Assembly: GCA_964447335.1 (NCBI GenBank)
Contig: CAYUSA010000010.1
Coordinates: 1,730 to 65,729, forward strand
Source of the DNA: an uncultured Actinomycetes bacterium
GTDB taxonomy: Bacteria > Actinomycetota > UBA4738 > HRBIN12
Length of the DNA stretch: 64,000 nucleotides
Direction: 5' to 3'
Shown here in pieces: positions 56,896 to 64,000 of this stretch (the first letter of the stretch is position 1; every line of letters starts with the position of its first letter). A program made the position numbers and the translations under genes. Below the pieces are notes generated by a model. That model was not told the origin of the DNA. It saw only the letters and a list, made by a program, of their open reading frames with translations, and did no database searches.

Positions 56896-58215
56896 CTAGC
56901 CTCCGTACCAGCCGTACACGAGCGCAGGTGCTTCCACGGGGCCCTCGGACCACGAGAGCGCCCCCAGCACGCGCTCGGCGCCCGTGGCCGCCGCGTCCTC
57001 GTCCCGGGCGTGCACGGCACCGAGCTCCTGGCCTGCCTCCACCCGGTCGCCGACCTTCGGCCGGAACACGACCCCGACGGCCGGGTCCACGGGATCGCCC
57101 TTGCGCTTGCGGCCGGCCCCGAGGTCCGCGCTCGCACGACCGATCTCCTCGGCGTCCACCCGCGCGAGGTATCCGGTGGCGGGCGCAGGGATCCGGCGCA
57201 CCACGGGGGCCGAGGGCAGCACGCTCGCAGGGTCGTCCACGACGCGAGGGTCGCCGCCCTGGTGCTCCACCATCCGGCGGAACACCTCGAGCGCCTCTCC
57301 GCCGTCGAGGGCGCGCTCGGCGCGGGCGCGAGCCTCCACCTGCCCGAGACCGAGCAGGCGCACCTGCGCCTCGGCCGCGAAGACCACCACGGCCTCCCGC
57401 AACCGGCCCCTCCCGCTCCCGCGCAGGAGCTCGATCGTCTCGATGACGTCGAGCGCGTTGCCGATCGCGCTGCCGAGCGGCTGGGACATGTCCGTGACCG
57501 CGACCCGGCAGGTCCGGCCCCAGTCGCGCGCGAGGTCCGCGCAGGCGGTCGCGAGCGCACCCGCCTCCTGGACGGTCTTCATGAACGCACCGCTCCCCGC
57601 CTTCACGTCGAGCAGGATGAGGTCGGTGTCGATGGCGAGCTTCTTCGACATCACGCTCGAGGCGATGAGCGGGATCGTCGGGACGGTGGCCGTCGCGTCC
57701 CGGAGCGCGTAGAGCTTGCCGTCCGCGGGCACGAGGTCCGCCGTCTGGGCGGCCACAGCGCACCCGATCTCCTCCACCTGGCGCACGAACGCGTCAGCCT
57801 CGAGGTCCGTCCGCAGTCCCGGGATCGATTCCAGCTTGTCGAGGGTTCCGCCCGTGTGCCCGAGCCCCCGCCCAGACAGCTTCGCGACCGCGAGCCCGAG
57901 CGCCGCCGCGAGCGGCGCGAACACCAGGGTCACGCCGTCGGCCACCCCGCCCGTCGAGTGCTTGTCCACCGTCGGTCGCGACACGCCCCCGAGCACGATC
58001 GTGCGTCCGGAGCCCACCATCGCCCGCGTGAGCGCGAGGGTCTCCTGCGCGTCCAGCCCGCGGATGAAGACCGCCATCAGGAACGCCGAGGCGAGGTAGT
58101 CCGGGATCTCGTCCCGCGCGTACGCGAGCACGAAGCCTTCGAGCTCATCGGCAGACAGGGTGCGCCCGTCGCGCTTCGCGGCGACGACGTCCCTCGGGTC
58201 CGCGCCGCTCAGCAT
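56896..58215 (-). CDS. pdp: Pyrimidine-nucleoside/thymidine phosphorylase
   Basis: DKHSTGGV, SGRGLGHTGGTLDKLESIPG, LYALRD, SVMSKK, DVKAGSGAFMK. Confidence 0.93.
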   Translation of the reverse strand: MLSGADPRDVVAAKRDGRTLSADELEGFVLAYARDEIPDYLASAFLMAVFIRGLDAQETLALTRAMVGSGRTIVLGGVSRPTVDKHSTGGVADGVTLVFAPLAAALGLAVAKLSGRGLGHTGGTLDKLESIPGLRTDLEADAFVRQVEEIGCAVAAQTADLVPADGKLYALRDATATVPTIPLIASSVMSKKLAIDTDLILLDVKAGSGAFMKTVQEAGALATACADLARDWGRTCRVAVTDMSQPLGSAIGNALDVIETIELLRGSGRGRLREAVVVFAAEAQVRLLGLGQVEARARAERALDGGEALEVFRRMVEHQGGDPRVVDDPASVLPSAPVVRRIPAPATGYLARVDAEEIGRASADLGAGRKRKGDPVDPAVGVVFRPKVGDRVEAGQELGAVHARDEDAAATGAERVLGALSWSEGPVEAPALVYGWYGG

Positions 58216-58327
58216 GAGCGTCCACCTTCGCTCCCGTCCTCGCTGACCGGAACCTCACATCGAGGTCGAGCGTTCGTGGGCGCGCTCGGTCGCAGAACCC
58301 TCGACCCGCATCCACGGCCGATGGCCC

Positions 58328-59506
58328 TCACAGCCCGATCTCCTCGGCGAAGCTGCGGCCCGCCAGATCCCATCGCACGCCGAGCAGGGCGGCGACCGTT
58401 GCCCCCAGGTCGGCGAAGGTCTCGCGCGTCCCCACGTCGTGAGGGCCGCCCGGCAGACCGGCCGAAAGGAGCGGCGTGCGCTCCCGGGAGTGATCCGTCG
58501 GAGACGTCGTGGGGTCGCACCCGTGATCGCCCGTGAGGAACAGCACGCCTCCGTCGAGCGCGTCGACGAGCTCGGGCACCCGGAGGTCGAACGCCTCGAC
58601 CGCGCGCGCGTAGCCCTCGGGGTCGTTGCGATGGCCGTACTTGCTGTCGAAATCCACGAGGTTCGTGAAGACGAGCGACGGTCCGGGCCGCCGCAGGTAC
58701 TCGAGGGTGAGATCCACGCCGTGATCGTTGGAGTCCGAGTAGACGGCCTCGGTCAGCCCTCGGGCGGCGAAAACGTCCCGGATCTTGCCGACGCCGTAGA
58801 CGGCGACGTCGTCCCTCACGCAGACGTCGAGCAGGGTCGGCCCGGGCGGCGACACCGAGAAGTCGCGACGCTCCGGCCGGCGGACCAACGCCCCCGGCGC
58901 TCCGGTGAACGGCCGGGCGATCACGCGCCCCACGGCGTGCTCGCCGACGAGGAGCTCGCGCGCGACGCGGCACCACGCGTACAGGGTCTCGAGCGGGACG
59001 ACGCCGGTGTGGGCGGCGATCTGGAAGACGGAGTCGCCGCTCGTGTAGACGATCGGGTTCCCGGTCCGCAGGTGCTCGGGCCCCAGCTCCGCGATGATCT
59101 CCGTCCCCGAGGCCGGCACGTTGCCGAGCGCCGGACGGCCGATCCTCCGCACGAACGGCTCCATGATCTCGGGCGGGAAGCCCTTGGGGTACAGCGGGAA
59201 CGGCCGGTCGAGCACGATGCCCGCTATCTCCCAGTGGCCGGTCGTCGTGTCCTTGCCCGCCGAGCGCTCGGTGAGCCGGCCGTGCGCCGATCCGGGAACC
59301 GCGCGAGGCTCGACGCCCTCGATCCGGGTGAGCAGCCCGAGCCCGAGCGCGCCGAGGTTCGGGGCGACGATGCCTCCGACCGCATCCGCGCAGTTGCCGA
59401 GCGTGTCCGAGCCGGCGTCCCCGTAGGCCTCGGCGTCGGGCGCATCGCCCACGCCGAAGGAGTCGCAGACGAGCAGGAGCACCCTCGGGACGCGCCCAAG
59501 GCTCAC
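58328..59506 (-). CDS. deoB: Phosphopentomutase
   Basis: DSFGVG, GKDTTTGHWE, YTSGDSVFQIAAH, NLVDFDSKYGHRND, TGDHG.DP. Confidence 0.94.
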   Translation of the reverse strand: MSLGRVPRVLLLVCDSFGVGDAPDAEAYGDAGSDTLGNCADAVGGIVAPNLGALGLGLLTRIEGVEPRAVPGSAHGRLTERSAGKDTTTGHWEIAGIVLDRPFPLYPKGFPPEIMEPFVRRIGRPALGNVPASGTEIIAELGPEHLRTGNPIVYTSGDSVFQIAAHTGVVPLETLYAWCRVARELLVGEHAVGRVIARPFTGAPGALVRRPERRDFSVSPPGPTLLDVCVRDDVAVYGVGKIRDVFAARGLTEAVYSDSNDHGVDLTLEYLRRPGPSLVFTNLVDFDSKYGHRNDPEGYARAVEAFDLRVPELVDALDGGVLFLTGDHGCDPTTSPTDHSRERTPLLSAGLPGGPHDVGTRETFADLGATVAALLGVRWDLAGRSFAEEIGL

Positions 59507-59862
59507 CGGGCGCCGCCGAGGCGCGCGCAGTCGATGCACAGGATCGCCCACGGGAGCGCCTCGAGCCGCTCGAGCGCGATCGGGGTACCACAGCGCTCAC
59601 AGACGCCGTACGTACCCAGCTCCATCTTCGCGAGCGCGCGGTTCACCCATCGCAGGTTCGCCCGGAGCGCCTTCATCACCGAGAGCGTGCGCGCGCGCTC
59701 GGCCGTCGCGTGGGCGCTGTCGGCGAACCCGCGCTCGACGTCGATCTCCGCGTCGTCGGAGTCCGCGTCGCCGCCCTGGTCCTCGATCTCCTTGCGAAGG
59801 TTGGCGCGCTGCTCCTCGAGCGCCGCGCGGAACTCCGCCATCTTCGCCTCTGCGATCGTCAC
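59503..59862 (-). CDS. TraR/DksA C4-type zinc finger protein
   Basis: Coiled coil then YGVCERCG..I..ERLEALPWAILCIDC. Confidence 0.88.
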   Translation of the reverse strand: MTIAEAKMAEFRAALEEQRANLRKEIEDQGGDADSDDAEIDVERGFADSAHATAERARTLSVMKALRANLRWVNRALAKMELGTYGVCERCGTPIALERLEALPWAILCIDCARLGGAR

Positions 59863-60809
59863 GCTGGATCCCTCCTCCGTGCGGGCGCGCGACGCGCCCG
59901 CGGGTGTGCCGTGTAGTAGACCTCGCGCAGGTGCTCCCTGGTCACCAGCGTATAGACCTGGGTCGTGGCCACGCTCGCGTGCCCGAGGAGCTCCTGCACC
60001 ACCCGGACGTCGGCGCCACCCTCGAGCAGATGCGTGGCGAACGAGTGTCGCAGCGTGTGCGGCGTCACGCGCCGCTCGATGCCGGCTCCCTTGACGGCCT
60101 TCGCGAGGATGCCGGCGACGCCCTGGCGCGTGAGCCGCCCGCCCCGCTGGTTGAGGAAGAGTGCGGCCCTGCTGCGGCTCGTCGCGAGACCGGGACGCGC
60201 GCGGCGCAGGTAGGCAGAGATCGCCTCGGTTGCGTACCGCCCGAGAGGGATGTCGCGCTCCTTCCCGCCCTTGCCGAGGACGCGAACGCCCCCTCCCTCG
60301 AGCTCCACGTCGTCGATGTCGAGGCCGGCGAGCTCGGAGACCCGGAGTCCCCCGCCGTAGAGCGTCTCGAGGACCGCGCGATCGCGCAGGCCGACCGGCG
60401 TGCCCTCGGGCGGCGCCGCGAGCAGCCGCAGGACATCCTCGACCGGCATCGGACGCGGCAGGGAACGCGGGAGACGCGGCCGGACGACGGTGGCCGCCGG
60501 GTCGCGCTCGGCCTTGCCCTCGCGCAGGAGGAACCGGTGGAACGAGCGCACCGCGGAGAGAGAGCGGACGACCGAGCTCGCCCGGTACGGACGGCCCTCG
60601 TCGTGCGTCGCGGTCGAGAGCTCCGCCACGAACCCGGCGATCAGGTGCTCGTCGGCCTTGCGGGCGTCGCGCACGCCACGTCCGCGCAAGAACCCGGCGT
60701 ACCGGCCGAGGTCGCGACGGTACGCGGCGATGGTGTTGTCGGACAGCCCGCGCTCCACCGTGAGGTGGTCGAAGAAACGTTGGATCTGCGTCGTCAGGGC
60801 GTCGGACAT
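59859..60809 (-). CDS. xerD: Site-specific tyrosine recombinase XerD
   Basis: VERGLSDNT..AYRRDL, GLRVSEL, GKGGKER, PHTLRHSFATHLL, LGHASVATTQVY; syntenic with nudF/ald. Confidence 0.92.
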   Translation of the reverse strand: MSDALTTQIQRFFDHLTVERGLSDNTIAAYRRDLGRYAGFLRGRGVRDARKADEHLIAGFVAELSTATHDEGRPYRASSVVRSLSAVRSFHRFLLREGKAERDPAATVVRPRLPRSLPRPMPVEDVLRLLAAPPEGTPVGLRDRAVLETLYGGGLRVSELAGLDIDDVELEGGGVRVLGKGGKERDIPLGRYATEAISAYLRRARPGLATSRSRAALFLNQRGGRLTRQGVAGILAKAVKGAGIERRVTPHTLRHSFATHLLEGGADVRVVQELLGHASVATTQVYTLVTREHLREVYYTAHPRARRAPARRRDPA

Positions 60810-60831
60810 CGCACGGTGATCCCGGGTCGGT

Positions 60832-61956
60832 TCAGCCCAGGCCGTCGACGAGCGATCCGAGCTCGGTGAAGGACAGGCCGTGGGCCTCGGCGACGGCCGC
60901 GTTCGTCACGCGACCGCCGTACACGTTCACGCCGAGCGCGAGCGCGGCATCCTCCCGGACCGCGTCCTCGAGCCCCTTCGTCGCGATGTCGATCGCGTAG
61001 GGCAGCGTGACGTTCGTGAGGGCGTAGGTCGATGTGCGCGGCACGGCGCCCGGCATGTTGCCGACGCAGTAGTGCACCACGTCGTGCTCGACGTACACCG
61101 GGTTCGAGTGGGTCGTCATCCGCGCGGTCTCCACGCACCCACCCTGGTCGATCGAGATGTCGACGATGACCGAGCCGGGCCGCATCTCTCGGACCATCTC
61201 CTCGGTCACGAGGTGCGGTGCCTTCGCGCCGGGGATGAGCACCGCGCCGATCACGAGATCGGCCTCCACCACGAGCTGCTCGATCGCGAGGACCGAGCTC
61301 ATCACGGTCTGGATCCGGCCGCGCTGGATCTGGTCGACGTAGCGCAGGCGGTCGACGTTCTTGTCGAGCACGACGACCTCGGCCTCCATCCCGGCGGCGA
61401 TCCACGCGGCGTTCAGGCCGGCCATGCCGGCGCCGATCACGACGACCCTGGCCGGCGCGACGCCCGAGGCCCCGCCCATCAGCACGCCCCGACCGCCGAA
61501 CGGCCGCTCGAGGTACTTCGCGCCCTCCTGCGGCGCCATACGCCCGGCGATCTCGCTCATCGGCGCGAGGAGCGGCAGTCGCCCGTCCGGGAGCTCGACG
61601 GTCTCGTAGGCGACCGAGGTGACCTCGCGCTCGGCGAGGAAGCGCGTGAGCCCGCGGTCGGCGGCGAGGTGCAGGTAGGTGAACAGCAGCTGCCCGCGCT
61701 TGAACCGCTCGTACTCCTGCGGCTGGGGCTCCTTGACCTTCACGATCAGGTCGGCCGCCGCGAACACCGCGTCGGCGTCGGGGAGGATCTTCGCCCCGGC
61801 GGCGATGAACTCCTCGTCCGGGAGCGCCGATCCGACACCCGCCCCGGCCTCCACGACCACGTCGTGGCCCGCGCGCGTGATCTCACGAACCCCTTCGGGG
61901 GTCGCCGCCACGCGGTACTCGTTGTCCTTGACCTCTTTCGGGATCCCGACGATCAC
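60832..61956 (-). CDS. ald: Alanine dehydrogenase
   Basis: IVGIPKEVKDNEYRV, VKVKEP, LLAPMSEIAGR, DISIDQGG, YCVGNMPG. Confidence 0.95.
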   Translation of the reverse strand: MIVGIPKEVKDNEYRVAATPEGVREITRAGHDVVVEAGAGVGSALPDEEFIAAGAKILPDADAVFAAADLIVKVKEPQPQEYERFKRGQLLFTYLHLAADRGLTRFLAEREVTSVAYETVELPDGRLPLLAPMSEIAGRMAPQEGAKYLERPFGGRGVLMGGASGVAPARVVVIGAGMAGLNAAWIAAGMEAEVVVLDKNVDRLRYVDQIQRGRIQTVMSSVLAIEQLVVEADLVIGAVLIPGAKAPHLVTEEMVREMRPGSVIVDISIDQGGCVETARMTTHSNPVYVEHDVVHYCVGNMPGAVPRTSTYALTNVTLPYAIDIATKGLEDAVREDAALALGVNVYGGRVTNAAVAEAHGLSFTELGSLVDGLG

Positions 61957-62040
61957 GGGGGTACCCTCCTCGGCGACGGTGCGACCCAAGGGTACCCGAC
62001 CCGACCGGGGCGCCGACGGTCCGCGCCGCCCGGATGGCGC

Positions 62041-62550
62041 TCAGACGCCGATGCCGCGAGCGTCGGCGAGCAGGATCGCGAGCGCCGTCTTCACGTCGCG
62101 GATCCGGCCGGCGCGAGCCGCGGCCACCATCTCCTCGAACGGCTTGCGCAGCAGCTCGATGCCGTCCTCGGGCGGGGCCTCGGGCTCCGAGCCGGTCGTG
62201 GCCACGAACAGGTGGATGTACTCGTCGGTGAAGCCGGGTGAGGAGAAGAAGCCGCCGAGGAACTCGATGGTCCGGTGCCGGTAGCCCGTCTCCTCGAGCA
62301 GCTCCCGCGCCGCGCACGTGAGCGCGTCCTCGTCCGCGTGGTCCAGGAGCCCCGCGGGGATCTCGACGAGCTCCTGACCGATCGCCGGCCGGAGCTGGCG
62401 CACGAGCAGCACCTCGCCCTGCGGTGTGATCGGCAGGACCGCGGCGGCGCCGGGGTGGCGGACGACATCGTGCTCGCCGCCGGGACGCTCGAGGATCTCG
62501 ACGCGGATGAGGCGGCCGGCGTAGACCTCGCGGACGGGGACGGGCTCCAC
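62041..62550 (-). CDS. NUDIX hydrolase (ADP-ribose pyrophosphatase-like)
   Basis: EIPAG..ARELLEETGY Nudix box; SPGFTDE. Confidence 0.92.
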   Translation of the reverse strand: MEPVPVREVYAGRLIRVEILERPGGEHDVVRHPGAAAVLPITPQGEVLLVRQLRPAIGQELVEIPAGLLDHADEDALTCAARELLEETGYRHRTIEFLGGFFSSPGFTDEYIHLFVATTGSEPEAPPEDGIELLRKPFEEMVAAARAGRIRDVKTALAILLADARGIGV

Positions 62551-62559
62551 CCCGCGACC

Positions 62560-64000
<1,441 letters not shown>

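Noticed and set aside
59859-60809. Tyrosine recombinase as a prophage or ICE integrase
   Set aside because: XerD-type sequence in the conserved nudF-ald-xerD context; no att repeats or cargo

Overview
64 kb of high-GC core chromosome from an Actinomycetota bacterium. It is probably a lineage outside the classical Actinomycetia (inferred from the split GcvPA/PB, the alkaline-phosphatase-type DeoB and a TtuA/TtuB pair). The + strand half (to ~38 kb) carries: an ABC-F ATPase; an amidohydrolase with two DmdA-like aminomethyltransferases and metV/metF; HtrA and a site-2 protease; ttuB-ttuA-trmI; the complete Pup-proteasome/Paf locus (arc, dop, pup, prcBA, pafA, pafBC); tat genes, helY and an lnt-ppm1 fusion. 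The - strand half carries gcvH/PA/PB with the garA-MerR-BFN-MerR block, tRNA-Pro(GGG) and the pyrG-nudF-ald-xerD...scpAB-rluB-aroH-tyrA-aroA-cmk-der run. No CRISPR array, IS element or prophage is evident. The most interesting signals are: (1) a stand-alone 241-aa reverse transcriptase with intact catalytic Asp residues (WVDD) but no thumb, embedded among housekeeping genes; (2) a ~160-nt structured ncRNA candidate with its own TTGACA-N17-TAGCGT promoter; (3) a c-di-GMP-I riboswitch upstream of a secreted CAP protein; (4) a ttuB-ttuA-trmI tRNA T-loop module whose sulfur carrier has a masked C-terminal GG; (5) a TatA/B protein with a duplicated amphipathic helix. All calls are from motif recognition by eye; no searches or folding programs were run.
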